From IMG/VR virus record IMGVR_UViG_3300015262_000011: a DNA stretch of 64,000 bases. One strand, given 5' to 3'. Made by a program: the position numbers and the translations under genes. The notes beneath the pieces were generated by a model. That model saw only the letters and a program-made list of their open reading frames with translations. It had not been told where the DNA came from and searched no databases. Source of the DNA: an uncultured virus (IMG/VR IMGVR_UViG_3300015262_000011) (taxonomy: Duplodnaviria; Heunggongvirae; Uroviricota; Caudoviricetes). Below are positions 7,900 to 18,600 of the stretch, in pieces; the stretch's first letter is position 1; each line of letters begins with the position of its first letter.

Positions 7900-8670
7900 C
7901 TACCGGTGGACTCCACCACGTCCGGCGCGATGCCGTCCGGTCGTGGACCCGAACCCAGCGGTCGACGAACCCGTTCCTCCATGACGCCTCCTCCGTGGGA
8001 TCGCCGCACCAACCAACAGGCCGGCCGTCGGATCGACCGGCGCCGACGGGGACGGTGTCGACGTCGACGAGTCCGTGCAGTCGTACTGCGGCGAGCTGGG
8101 GTCGAAGTCCGCGGCCCGCGTACACGACACTGTGTGCGTCACCCCGGCACTGTCCGTCCACGTGTACGTCCAACCGGCCGGCGGCTGACCGTCACTCCCG
8201 GCGGTGCCGTCCCGCCCGTCCTTGCCATCCTGGCCGGCCGGACCCGGCGGACCGACGGCCCCCGGTGAACCCGCGACGCCGGGCGCCCCCGTACTGCCCG
8301 GTGAACCGTTCTGGCCCGGAACGCCCTGAGCTCCTGAAGGGCCAGGTGAGCCTGCGACGCCCCGCGGGCCAGCAGGCCCGGGGATCGGCACCGGCACCTC
8401 GGCGCGCGCCGACAGCGACGGCACAGCCTTCGACGGGTCCGGTACGACCGGCGTGCCGCCGTGGGATTTCACCTGCTGGCGCAGCGCCCGCACATCCCCG
8501 GCCAGCGTGGCCACCGCGCCACCGCGCAGGTTCGCCTCCGTGGCCAGCTGGTCCGCGCGGTGCGACTCGCGCCCGATCAGGATGAACGCCAGCCCGAGGC
8601 CGCCGCCCAGGACGAGCAGGGCGGTGGCGATCCACAGAAGTACCCGGTGCCGCACCAGTGCCTGCGTCAC
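7900..8670 (-). CDS. Membrane-anchored collagen-like protein (lysis module)
   Basis: N-terminal TM helix, coiled coil, ~25 G-X-Y triplets, C-terminal Cys pair. Confidence 0.85.
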   Translation of the reverse strand: MTQALVRHRVLLWIATALLVLGGGLGLAFILIGRESHRADQLATEANLRGGAVATLAGDVRALRQQVKSHGGTPVVPDPSKAVPSLSARAEVPVPIPGPAGPRGVAGSPGPSGAQGVPGQNGSPGSTGAPGVAGSPGAVGPPGPAGQDGKDGRDGTAGSDGQPPAGWTYTWTDSAGVTHTVSCTRAADFDPSSPQYDCTDSSTSTPSPSAPVDPTAGLLVGAAIPRRRRHGGTGSSTAGFGSTTGRHRAGRGGVHR

Positions 8671-8954
8671 GGTGCACCACCCAGGGCCACGACCAGGTTC
8701 CGCAGGCGGGAAATCTCCGCCTCCAGTGATGCGACTTTCGCCTCAGCGGCGTGCGCTCGCGCCTCAGCAGTCCGCTCGTCGAGCTCTGCCTTGTTCCGCT
8801 CCTCGACGAGCGTCTTCGTCAGGTTGTCGTATCCCGTCAACGCTGCGCCCTCCCGGGCCGCCCTATTCGCGCCGCGGGAGCCGTAGATGGCTGCCGCCGC
8901 AGTCAACGGTGCGGCCACCAAAGCGGCAACAGCCGTGATCAGCGCGGCGTCCAC
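8667..8954 (-). CDS. Membrane protein with coiled coil (lysis module)
   Basis: N-terminal hydrophobic helix followed by heptad-rich segment. Confidence 0.75.
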   Translation of the reverse strand: MDAALITAVAALVAAPLTAAAAIYGSRGANRAAREGAALTGYDNLTKTLVEERNKAELDERTAEARAHAAEAKVASLEAEISRLRNLVVALGGAP

Positions 8955-8985
8955 ACGTACCCTCCGCAGCGCTCACAGGGCGGGA

Positions 8986-9306
8986 TCAGGCCCCAGGGGT
9001 GACGGCACGCCGGGCGGAACGCGGCGACGTGGCCGCCTCGATCCCCGGAGCGATACCCGACGGCTTCCACAGGGTGTGGTAGGTCGCCCCGATGACGATC
9101 ACCGACAGGAGGATGCCAGACACGATCGTCCGCCCGTGGAAGGAGTCGTTGAAGTACGCCGTCCCGAGCCCGTCCGCTGTGGCGACGAGCATCATGAAGA
9201 TGCCCTTGGCCATGGCGGACCATCTGGGCTGGTTGACGACGGCGATGACGGGCGGCAGGACGACGGCGAGCGCCGCAGCCCACAGTTCGGGGTTGGAGAG
9301 AGGCAT
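8986..9306 (-). CDS. Holin
   Basis: Three TM segments (VVLPPVIAVVNQPRW...TYHTLWKPSG) immediately after the endolysin. Confidence 0.8.
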   Translation of the reverse strand: MPLSNPELWAAALAVVLPPVIAVVNQPRWSAMAKGIFMMLVATADGLGTAYFNDSFHGRTIVSGILLSVIVIGATYHTLWKPSGIAPGIEAATSPRSARRAVTPGA

Positions 9307-9326
9307 GACGGACTCCTTGTTGAGGT

Positions 9327-10157
9327 TCAGACGTTGGGGACGTGGAGCTTGGCCCACGAGGTCGGGCCGGGGATGCCGTTGGCGTCGGCACCGCTGTAGC
9401 CGAGGTGCCGCTGCCAGGCGGCATACGAGGCGACGTCTCCGGAGCCCCACACGTTCGAGTTCGCGTCCGACTGGTAGCGGCCACAGCCGACGGCGACGAG
9501 CCGCTTGTGCATCGCGGCGATGATCGGCGAGCGGCGGCCGGGCTTGAAGAAGGAGGCGCCCGGGAACGGCTCGAAGGACTGCGCCGGCTTCACCGGGGCC
9601 GCGAACAGGTCCGGCATCGGCCCCGGGTCGATGTGACTGTTGCCGGGGATCTGGTTGTGGCCGTAGTGGCCGCCCTCGGCGAGCCAGGTGGCCGTGGAGA
9701 CGGTGTCGCGGGCGAACGCCGTCGGCGCCCCGCCGGGCCAGCGGTCCTCGATGCCCAGCGAGCGCAGCCACGCCATGATCCCGTCGAGGCCCTTGCAGGG
9801 GGTGTCTCGGACGGTCGTGTACTTCTTCCCGCCGACGGTCTCGCCCGCGGTGAACACGGTCTCGATCTGCACGCAGTACTTGCCGGTGCGGTTCGTGCGG
9901 ACACTGCCAGCGTTCTGCAGCGACAGCGACCTCGAGTCGGCGGGGAAGAACTGTGTGATCTGGCCGGTGAACGGGTCCCACAGCAGGTGCGGGGCCACGT
10001 CGGCGCCGCCCCCCGTGAACCAGCCGAGCTCGTTGGCGAACGTCCAGTCGCTGGCGTTGGAGGTGATATGCCAGACCGCGCGGGCCGGGCCGCCATCCAT
10101 CACACCGGTGTTGCCGAGAGCGTGCCGGGCCGCACCGGGCATCCACAGGTCGGTCAT
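9327..10157 (-). CDS. Endolysin: amidase-like domain plus C-terminal peptidoglycan-binding domain
   Basis: AVWHIT, CVQIE, HYGHNQIPGNSHIDPG; C-terminal WQRHLGYSG.DANGIPGPTSW. Confidence 0.9.
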   Translation of the reverse strand: MTDLWMPGAARHALGNTGVMDGGPARAVWHITSNASDWTFANELGWFTGGGADVAPHLLWDPFTGQITQFFPADSRSLSLQNAGSVRTNRTGKYCVQIETVFTAGETVGGKKYTTVRDTPCKGLDGIMAWLRSLGIEDRWPGGAPTAFARDTVSTATWLAEGGHYGHNQIPGNSHIDPGPMPDLFAAPVKPAQSFEPFPGASFFKPGRRSPIIAAMHKRLVAVGCGRYQSDANSNVWGSGDVASYAAWQRHLGYSGADANGIPGPTSWAKLHVPNV

Positions 10158-10396
10158 CAGGCTCTACCCCCATCCGCGTCGTCGTGGAACTGCCGCGCGG
10201 CCTGGAAGGTCTCGCTGGTCTCGCCTGCGGCGCTCACCGAGGCGACGGCGGAAGCCCACGTGTTCGCGTCCAGGACCACGGTCTGGTGGGCACCGGGTCC
10301 CATGCTGTCCGGGGCGACGATCCGCACGGAACCGTCGTCCTCGCGGCGGAAGAACCAGTTGTCGCGGGCGTGGAAGCCGCTGTTCTCAACGGTCAT
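10157..10396 (-). CDS. Hypothetical protein
   Basis: FHARDNWFFRR..DGSVRI...WASAVASVS; coupled overlaps. Confidence 0.65.
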   Translation of the reverse strand: MTVENSGFHARDNWFFRREDDGSVRIVAPDSMGPGAHQTVVLDANTWASAVASVSAAGETSETFQAARQFHDDADGGRA

Positions 10397-10638
10397 AGCG
10401 GTCGGGGTCCCTTCATGACGGGCCGCGCACCCGCGGCTTCCTGCTCGGCCGTCGAACCGCCGAGGATGTGGTGTACGAGGAGTTCCTCGTTCTGCCGGTG
10501 CAGGGCGGTGATGTGGTCGCGGAGGATCTGCATGTGGCGCCTCGACCAGCGCCAGTGCGCCCACGCCCACGCTGCGGCCGGAGGCGCCCACACCGCGTTC
10601 GCCAGCAGATTCGGCCACAACTGAGCCCACACGGTCAT
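10393..10638 (-). CDS. Small membrane protein
   Basis: Trp-rich hydrophobic N-terminus WAQLWPNLLANAVW. Confidence 0.65.
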   Translation of the reverse strand: MTVWAQLWPNLLANAVWAPPAAAWAWAHWRWSRRHMQILRDHITALHRQNEELLVHHILGGSTAEQEAAGARPVMKGPRPL

Positions 10639-11546
10639 CAGCTCAGCCCGTTGTCGTGCGCCCACACCGTCAGAGACCGAAACGCCGCAACAACGTTCGG
10701 ATCCACCGAAGGAGTGGGCACCGGAAGAGGGGGCGGCGCCGGAGTCGGTGTCGGCTGCGGCTGGGGTGCGGGCACCGGGTTGGGGTCGCCGGTGAGTGAG
10801 GAGAAGTCCTGGCCGAGCGTGTAGAAGTCGTACCCGGCGATGTCCTTGCCCGTCTTCGGGTCGATCATGTCCTCGGTGACGAGGACCCACCCCTCCCTGT
10901 AATACTTCTTGAAGAACCGCCACGTCATCCGCTGAACGGCACCCCACGTCACGGCCCCGAGACCGTTTTCGTCGAACGCGCCGATCGTGACGCAGTGGCC
11001 GCCCTCGATGCGGGCGCCCTTCACGACGTCCCACGGCTTCCCGGCGTTGAACTGGTCCATCGCCGAGCCGGGGAAGTCCATGCCACAGTAGATCTGCCCG
11101 AACAGGGCGATCGCCTGCTTGACCTCGGTCTCATTCGACAGGTCAACCTTGGCGAACGCGACGATCTTCTCGCCGAGGAAACCGTTCTTCCGCCAGTAGT
11201 CCAGAACGTCCTGACAGACCGCACCCTGATCCGTAGCCGGATCGTTCGGGTCGAACCCGGTGACCGCCGAGTACAGAGCCAGCGCGTCCTTGTCTGTGAC
11301 CTTGAGGACGCGCCCTTGGTTGACGAAGACGTCGCCGATCCGCTTGTGGCCGACGCCGGCGCACGTACAGTCGCCGTAGTCCGCATTACCGAGAACGCCC
11401 CAGTCGGCGACCGGAACCGGCGACAGCCAGTCCGCCGACACGGGCGGCGCAGGCAGCTCGGGGCTGAGATAGGTACCGAACTTCAGATGCGGGCGCGCCG
11501 GCTCAGCAGGCAGCCGGCCGCCCTTGAAGCGGATGTTGCGGGTCAT
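10638..11546 (-). CDS. Papain-like cysteine peptidase-fold protein
   Basis: GN.DYGDCTCAG (catalytic Cys), GGHCV..GAFD (His), VTWG; Pro-rich linker. Confidence 0.75.
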   Translation of the reverse strand: MTRNIRFKGGRLPAEPARPHLKFGTYLSPELPAPPVSADWLSPVPVADWGVLGNADYGDCTCAGVGHKRIGDVFVNQGRVLKVTDKDALALYSAVTGFDPNDPATDQGAVCQDVLDYWRKNGFLGEKIVAFAKVDLSNETEVKQAIALFGQIYCGMDFPGSAMDQFNAGKPWDVVKGARIEGGHCVTIGAFDENGLGAVTWGAVQRMTWRFFKKYYREGWVLVTEDMIDPKTGKDIAGYDFYTLGQDFSSLTGDPNPVPAPQPQPTPTPAPPPLPVPTPSVDPNVVAAFRSLTVWAHDNGLS

Positions 11547-11609
11547 GATGCTCCCGGACGTGCGAGAGCCCCCGACGTGCGCCGGGGGCTCGGTGAGGGC
11601 TGGAGAAGG

Positions 11610-11816
11610 TCAGGAGACTTCGGGCTGCGGGTCGAGGAGGACTGCGGTGAGGATCTCCATGTTCTGGTGGCAGATGCCGCACTGGACGAAGCAGTTGGTG
11701 CCCGCGTTGGAGTAGAACGGGTTGACCGTGAACTCTTTGCCGAAGTTCTCGCAGGCCTCGTTGTCGTCGCGTGCCGTGACTTCGTAGTACAGCGCGGGTT
11801 CGAACGTCACGCTCAC
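11610..11816 (-). CDS. Small tail-associated protein
   Basis: GTGA overlap with upstream tail gene; C..CGIC. Confidence 0.65.
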   Translation of the reverse strand: MSVTFEPALYYEVTARDDNEACENFGKEFTVNPFYSNAGTNCFVQCGICHQNMEILTAVLLDPQPEVS

Positions 11817-12613
11817 AGTCCGATCACCATCCAGTTCAAAGTCGTGGTCGTTGTGTTGGTGCGGGTCAGCCACAGCGTCAGGCCGCTTGAGGTCAGGTTG
11901 TTGAAGGAGACGCCGGTGACCTGCGTGCCCGGCAGGCTGGTGTTCGCGGTGACGAGAGCTATGAAGGTGCTGCCTGCAACGCTCAACCCCGTCACGGCCG
12001 CCGAGGTGGGGGTGTTCGCGGCGCTGGGCGTGATGTTTGTCGTGCCCCAGGCGAAGTTCTTCGACGTGAGTACGCCGAGGATGTCCATGTTGCACTGCGT
12101 GCCGCTCTCGCCCTGGACGTATACGTAGGGCGTGGCGCCAGCGTAGATGGACTCCAGGATCATCACTGCGCGGTGATCCGCTGCACCGACCGAACCGGAT
12201 GTCAGCGTGAAGTCGGAGTATTGGAAGGCGTCGGTGTCGTAGCTGGCGCTGGCCGGGACTTGCACCAGGCCGTTTTGTACGGGCCGGAACTGCAGGATCC
12301 CACTCGCCAGGTAGGCGGAGAAGTTATTGGGGTCCTGCCGGCCGCGAGTCCACAGGCCGCCTCCGCCTCCAGAGTCCTCGGGACCGAGTTCAGCGAGGAG
12401 CGTGATGCCGTCGGTGTCGTACACCTGGAGCGACTTGGTGGCCTGGCTGAGGACGACACGGGACCCGTCCGGCGCGGTCTGCACGAGACCGATCGTTGCC
12501 GAAGCGAGCCGGTGCGCGGCCCGCAACTCCCGCATCTCCCGCTTCAGCGATGCGACTTCGCGTGCCAGGGTCGTGGCGTCTGCGGGCAGCTGGTCGAGTT
12601 GGCGAGGCGTCAC
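11813..12613 (-). CDS. Minor tail protein (coiled coil plus beta-rich C-terminus)
   Basis: Position in tail module; C-terminal SSGLTLWLTRTNTTTTTLNWMVIG. Confidence 0.8.
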   Translation of the reverse strand: MTPRQLDQLPADATTLAREVASLKREMRELRAAHRLASATIGLVQTAPDGSRVVLSQATKSLQVYDTDGITLLAELGPEDSGGGGGLWTRGRQDPNNFSAYLASGILQFRPVQNGLVQVPASASYDTDAFQYSDFTLTSGSVGAADHRAVMILESIYAGATPYVYVQGESGTQCNMDILGVLTSKNFAWGTTNITPSAANTPTSAAVTGLSVAGSTFIALVTANTSLPGTQVTGVSFNNLTSSGLTLWLTRTNTTTTTLNWMVIGL

Positions 12614-13707
12614 GAGTCCTCCTCTACGAGGATCGGGCTGACCTGGTCGTTGTCTACGTCCAACTGCCACGACCAGCAGCGCGCTACAACATCGACGCCG
12701 CTGGGGTGCCGGGGCGACTTCCCTCCGGGTTCGACGGCGAGGTGGACGCTGTCCCCCAGCCCCCAGTCGGTGCCGAGGCGGGGAGATCTGGATGCGGTCG
12801 CCTGGATGCTCCACACCTGGGCGCCCTGCCCCATGAGGGCCGCCGAGTTGGCGGCATGCGCATTCAACTGGTCAGGGTCGGTGACGCCCGACGCTGGCGT
12901 ATATCGGTATTCCCAGGTGGGCCAGCCCGCCGCGATCAGACTCGTGGCCAGGTGGGGCGTGGAGGTGAGGCGAGATGTTCCTTCTCCTTCGCCGCGGGCG
13001 ATGACGCTGGTGGCGCCTTTTTCGGCCTCGTAGGACTCGGCGAGGCCGTAGGTGGCGACGCAGCCCGGAAAGTCGAACGTGGCCTCCGGGGTGGTGGATT
13101 GGCTGCCGATGGCGGATCGGATGCGCAGTGGGAACTGAAATCCGTTCTGCGAGGCGTTCCAGGCGACGTCGATGGTCCATTCGGGGCCGCCTTCGAGGGC
13201 CATGACCTCTTTCAGGCAGGACAGGATCGTTTTGTCGTCGCTGTCACTGACCAGGTAGTTCATGGTGGTGCCGGTAGCGACGGAGTCGATGACGATGGGT
13301 GGGCCGCCAGTGAGGGCAGGGGTGGCGAGGGCGCTGATTACGCTGGCCTGGTCGACGGCGATGAGGGTCTGGTCGCCGGGGTAGCGGCCGTCGAGGTAAC
13401 GCTCCAGGGTGGCCGCGCCGAGCTGTACGGTCTGGCTGCTGCCGCCGGTTCGGGGTAGTACGCAGCCCGCCCATACGGGCGTGTTGGTGGCGAGGTCGAC
13501 GGCGACGAGCATGCTGCGGCCCGGGGCTGTCGCACCCTCCCAGCCGCTGGGGGCGCCGGGCAGGGCGAGTTCGAACTGCACGGTCGTCGTATCGCCCAGT
13601 TTTCGCGACAAGGCGCCGGTGGGCTTGAGGGAGGGAAGGTCTTCGACGATGCCGCCGGTTTTCATGTCGCAGCCGTACCAGGCGAGCTGGTAGGGGCCGG
13701 TCGTCAC
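12610..13707 (-). CDS. Minor tail / baseplate hub-like protein
   Basis: Position after the distal tail genes; WGLGDSV motif. Confidence 0.8.
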   Translation of the reverse strand: MTTGPYQLAWYGCDMKTGGIVEDLPSLKPTGALSRKLGDTTTVQFELALPGAPSGWEGATAPGRSMLVAVDLATNTPVWAGCVLPRTGGSSQTVQLGAATLERYLDGRYPGDQTLIAVDQASVISALATPALTGGPPIVIDSVATGTTMNYLVSDSDDKTILSCLKEVMALEGGPEWTIDVAWNASQNGFQFPLRIRSAIGSQSTTPEATFDFPGCVATYGLAESYEAEKGATSVIARGEGEGTSRLTSTPHLATSLIAAGWPTWEYRYTPASGVTDPDQLNAHAANSAALMGQGAQVWSIQATASRSPRLGTDWGLGDSVHLAVEPGGKSPRHPSGVDVVARCWSWQLDVDNDQVSPILVEEDS

Positions 13708-14759
13708 GAGGTGGCCTCGTATTGGCCCACGAGATGGAACTTGTTCGTCGCCGCCCATGTCCAGGGCGAGAGGCTGTCGACGACGCCGCTGTTGAGGGCG
13801 GTCCCGTTGACCGCGCCTGATCCGACCTGTAGCTGAATGTTGAGGCCGTCTCCGGTGGTGATCGCGTTTCCGGCGACGCCTCTGCTGGTGCCGGGCTCGA
13901 ACATCACGTTGGCGACCGGGTAGTTGACCATGGCGGAGGTGACGGGCAGCGTGAACTGCCAGTTGTCGCTCGTGGTTGCTCCGCTGCCGAAGTTCGTGGT
14001 GCTGCCGAAGACGATGTTCATCCAGAACGTCACGAGGCGGCCGAGCTTGTAGTACCGGCAGTCGATGGTCGCATTGCCGAAGGACGGCGAGTGTGAGCCC
14101 GTGCTCGTTGACCAGATCGGCGTCCACGGTGTGCTCGCGCCGGGCACCTTCTGGAAGGTGTCCCAAGAGGAACCGTTCCAGCGCCGCAGATTGGTGTTGT
14201 CGTCGTAGTACTGGCCCACATACGGGCTGGATGGGGCAGATGACTGCAACGGCAGGATGCCGCCCGGGGCGACCGTGTACGGCAGTACGGCGGTGGACAC
14301 GGACGGGCTGCCGCCGCCCGAGTGCGGCACGGTGATCGTGGCGAGCGGCAGGTAGATCTCCGTGCCCCCCGGCGTCGGCGCAACGGGCGTCGACGATGCG
14401 GTGCCCGCCAAGTAGACGACATCGGTCTTCCGTAGCCCGGTGGCGTCGAAATCCGTGTCCCAGATCCGGAGATACACCAGGTCGATGCGGTCGAGCGTGG
14501 CGTGTGCGGCGTTGAGCGTCCCCGACCAGGTCGAGGTGAGGACGCCGATATACACGCCGTGCTGCGTGAAGATCCCGGTGCCCGGCGACACGTTGATCGT
14601 GGATCCGGCCAGAGAAACCGCCAGCCCCGGGTCGCCGGGCCTCACCCCGGAGCGGGCACCGAAGGTCGCGCCGGTGGACATCACGAAAGCGCGCAGGGCG
14701 TCCCGCAGGTTCTGGCCGCTGTAGGAGAGGGTGTTCTGGAACATCGGAGTGTCAGCCAC
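13704..14759 (-). CDS. Minor tail / fibre protein
   Basis: AHATLDRIDLVYLRIWD; RYYKLGRLV...WQFTLP. Confidence 0.82.
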   Translation of the reverse strand: MADTPMFQNTLSYSGQNLRDALRAFVMSTGATFGARSGVRPGDPGLAVSLAGSTINVSPGTGIFTQHGVYIGVLTSTWSGTLNAAHATLDRIDLVYLRIWDTDFDATGLRKTDVVYLAGTASSTPVAPTPGGTEIYLPLATITVPHSGGGSPSVSTAVLPYTVAPGGILPLQSSAPSSPYVGQYYDDNTNLRRWNGSSWDTFQKVPGASTPWTPIWSTSTGSHSPSFGNATIDCRYYKLGRLVTFWMNIVFGSTTNFGSGATTSDNWQFTLPVTSAMVNYPVANVMFEPGTSRGVAGNAITTGDGLNIQLQVGSGAVNGTALNSGVVDSLSPWTWAATNKFHLVGQYEATS

Positions 14760-14771
14760 AGGGGCCCCCTT

Positions 14772-15647
14772 TCACATCCAGGCGGAACGCCAGCGGGCGG
14801 TCAGCAGCGCGGACGCGTTGTAGGTGGACGAGCGGAACTGGAAAGTGACCGTGGAGCCGGCGGGGATGGTGGGCCAGCCGTTCGGTAGGGCCAGGAACCG
14901 TCTGCGGGACGCCGTGCCGTTGAGGGTCACCGTGTGGGCGTCGGTGTCGATGATGAGCTCGTCACCGGATGCCAGGTCCTGGCTGTAATTGAGGAACCGG
15001 ACCGTACCGTCCGGCATCTGCGCGATGACCTGCGGAGCGACAATCGGGCCGTCCACCACCAGGACGGGCCGCGTCTCGAACGTGCCCCCGTTGACGGCGT
15101 CGAACTGGCCGGCCACGGTGGTGGCGCTGATCGTCCACGGCAGTGTCGCCGACAGGACGAGGCCACCCGAGGTCACCGGCAGGCCGGTGCTGACGGACTG
15201 CAAAGTGGTGCTGTAGCGGCGTGGATCGCCGGCCGTGACCATCACGCTGTAGGTGGCGATTCGGTCGGTTACATAGGTGAGCAGTAGTTTCCCGGAGCGC
15301 CGCACCACCGCCTGCTTGGATCCGGCCAGCTCGTACACGACCAGCGTGGTGTCGGTGAGCGAGGCCGCTGACCGGATGCGCTCCATGGCGTCCTCGAGCG
15401 TCATCCGGTCCGGTGCGGTCACCGTTCCCGTCAGGGTGAGCGGCCGGGCCCCCAGGTAGACGGGGCTGGCCCATGCTCCATGGTCGGCCTCCCGTTCCGT
15501 GTACTCGGAGCGCACATCCGGGCTGTCCCACCCTTCAAAAGTGGTGAGCGCCCAGTTCACTCCGTTGGAGTCGACGCCGCCGAGCGGAATGGCGCCCAGG
15601 TCGACACGGAGGCCGCCGAGGTCGGTGCCAGCAACCCCTACAGGCAC
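14772..15647 (-). CDS. Distal tail (Dit-like) protein
   Basis: Immediately after tape measure; EGW, NGGTFETRP, WRSAWM. Confidence 0.85.
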   Translation of the reverse strand: MPVGVAGTDLGGLRVDLGAIPLGGVDSNGVNWALTTFEGWDSPDVRSEYTEREADHGAWASPVYLGARPLTLTGTVTAPDRMTLEDAMERIRSAASLTDTTLVVYELAGSKQAVVRRSGKLLLTYVTDRIATYSVMVTAGDPRRYSTTLQSVSTGLPVTSGGLVLSATLPWTISATTVAGQFDAVNGGTFETRPVLVVDGPIVAPQVIAQMPDGTVRFLNYSQDLASGDELIIDTDAHTVTLNGTASRRRFLALPNGWPTIPAGSTVTFQFRSSTYNASALLTARWRSAWM

Positions 15648-15660
15648 GACATCCCCCCTT

Positions 15661-18600
15661 TCAGCCGACGAACGTCATGTGCCGCACGATGTCGGCGGCC
15701 TGCTCGGCGGAGCTCTGCTTGGCTCCGTACAGGTTGATCTCGATGTGCTTGACGACCTCCCGGGCCATGGCTGCCGTCGACGCTCCCGCCGCGGCGTAGC
15801 GGCTGGCGGGCACCAGGCGGTAGCCGAGCGCTGCCGCCGCGGTGCTCAGCAATGCCCGGCTGCGGGCGGTGTTGGCGAGCGGGATGAACGCCTCGGGAAC
15901 ACCCGCCTCGGCGGCCAGCACCGCGGTGGGCCTCGTGAGGATGTCGCCGGCCGCCATCGCCTTGCCGCCCTGGGCGACCCACTGCCGCACGAACGTGTCC
16001 TTGTTCGCCGCGGGCAGGGCACTGATCTGCTTGGTCATCTTCGGCACGAGGGCCTTGATGACGTCGGTGCTGAGCCCTGCGGAGATCAGGTCCGCGTAGC
16101 CGCGCCCCGGGCCACCCCGCAGAGTGGACAGCAGAATCAGCGAGTTGGCGAGGTCGTCGCCGGTGAGCGTGTTCTGCGCCTTCCCTACCTGCTTGTTGGC
16201 TGCCGCTGCCGCTTTGCTGTCCCCGGCCGCCTGATGGGCAAGCGCCTGCGCATTGGAATCGCCCTGCGCGGCCAGGGCCTGGGCAAGATCCCCGTAACCC
16301 TCCGCCGCTAGTTTCTGCAGGTCAGCGGCGAACTGCTGGTTCTGCTGGGTGGACGCGCTGAGCTGTTTGTCGAAGTCGGCGAGCGTGGCCTTCGCCGTGT
16401 CACCGGTCTTCTTCAGCTGGTCGACGATGTGCTTGAACTGCTTGTCAGAGGCTCCGGCCAGCTTGTTGACGAGGTCGTAGCCGTCCTGGCCCATGCCTTC
16501 CAGCAGGGCCTCAACGTCGGCACCACCCCGCTTGGAGATCTTCGACAGGTTGCCGCGCCACTTCTCCGTCGCCGCAACCGACTTGTCCAGCTCCTTCTCA
16601 TATGCCTTCAGATCGAAGCCCGTCGGGGCCTTCGAGCCATGCTTCAGTCCAAGCTTGTCGTCAGCGGCGTTGACCTTCTTCCGATCGTCGGAGACGGTCT
16701 TGTCCGCCGACTTCTTCGCCTTCTCCGCCCTGTCGACCCGCTCCTGCGCCGCCCGCAACTGGGCCGCGGTGTGATGGTGGTGGCGCACGTAGGAGAGGTT
16801 CTTCTCCGCCGATGCCAGATCGTCGGCCGCCTTCCTCTGCGTCTTCAGGGCCGCGGTGAGCTTCTCCCAAGCATCCTTCAGGGCCTGGATGTCGGCGTCG
16901 TAGCGGGACTTTGCGTCCGACGGGCCACCCAGGACGGGCATGCCGGTCGGGCTGTAGGTGAATCCGTCGAGGCCGCCGGAGGCGTAGGTGATGCCGCCGG
17001 CGCCGTACCACATGACGGGTCCGCCGCCGAGCCGCTTCACGGTCTCCTCGGCGATCCGCCGCGACCGGCCCCGCTTGGAGGCGGCCAGCGGAATGTAGGC
17101 CTCGCCGCCCGTCTCGTCCTCCGCCCACACCCGCCAGTCGCCGGCGCGCGCGATCTGCGCGACATGCGACTCGCGGGTACCGCCGCCCGCGTAGGTGAGG
17201 ATATTCCCCCGGGCGTTGGGGGTAACGCCGAGCTCGGTCTGCTTGTGGACGGTGGTCAGGTACTTCGTCTGATAGATACCGATGCCGATGGTCTTGCCGT
17301 GCATGTTGTTGATGGCGCCCTGGATGGCTTGCGCAGCAGAGATCGGGCCGCCCGTCGGGATCGTGATGGTGACCCTCTTCGACCCCGGAACCTGGTGGAT
17401 TTTGAAGCCGAGGGCGGCCAGTGCTGCCTGCGCACCCCCGGTGAGGGCGCTCACCGTGACAGACTTGCCCTTGGTGGCCGCCACCTTGCGCTGCACCGCC
17501 TGCAGGTCCGAGATCGCCTTCGCGGTCGCGGCACTGACGGTGACGCTCTTGGACGGCAGCTTCTTCGCAATCAGCGCATCAAGCGCCGCGGCGGCCTTGC
17601 CGGTTGGGGCGGTGATCTCCATCTGCCGTCCGCCGGGCAGAGTCTTCACCTTGAAACCGACGGACTCGATGTCCTTCTTCGCCTCCGCGGTCAGCGCCGA
17701 CACCTTGATGACGCCGCCCTTCGGCATGTGCCCGGCCAGGCCCTGCACGTACAGCAGCTGCTTCTGGGTGTCCGACAGGCCGGGCGTCGACATAGTGATG
17801 GCCAGCGAGGAGGGGATGAACCCCATCTGGTTGGCGAGTTCTTTCGCCTGATCTGCGGTCAGCCCGAACTTGCGCCCCGCGGTGACCGCCGACTGCCACG
17901 CGGTCTGCATGCGGGCCTCAGCCTGCTGCAGGGCCGGAACCACGGCCGTCCCGTTCGCGCGGGCGAAGTCGTAGGTGGCCTGCGAGGCGCTGGCCGTCTG
18001 CTCGTTCAGGGCCTGCAGCTTGTTCCACAGGCTCTGCCCGTTCTGGCTGGTCGTGTTCAGCGAGCCGTCGACCTGCAGCAGGGCCCTGCCGTATCCCTGC
18101 GACTTGTCGACGCCGTCCTTCCAGGAGGAGTTGAGGTCGAGCATCGCCGAGTTCATGTTGGCGACCGCCGCCTGCACGTCCAGCTCGCCACCCGACAGTA
18201 GGTCGAGGGCGGTGTGCAGAGCGGTTGCCTTGGTGTCCGCGTCAGCGGCGGAGTCGCCCAGGGTCTTGATGGCAGACTGCAGGCGCCCCGTCGGGTCGGT
18301 GGCGTCCAGTGCGGCAGCACCGGAGCCCTTGACTGCGTCCGCCAGTTCCTTCTGCTTCTTCCTGGCCGTGCCAAACTCGCCGGATAGTGACCCGAGGGCG
18401 TCGGCGGCGTTCTTGTAGACCTCGCCCTGTGGCGTGTACACGGCCATCGTGGACTTGCCGTTGGTCACCCACCGCTTGTTCTCGTCCGCAGCCGACTGCA
18501 GCTTCTTGCGCAGCGCGTCGATGCTGCCGCCCTGGCCCAGATAGGCGTCGGTCAGCTCTGTCGTGCCGACGTGCGCCTTCGCCATGACGTCCAGGAGCTG

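Noticed and set aside
8190..8400. Low-complexity GC repeats
   Set aside because: Explained by collagen G-X-Y codons
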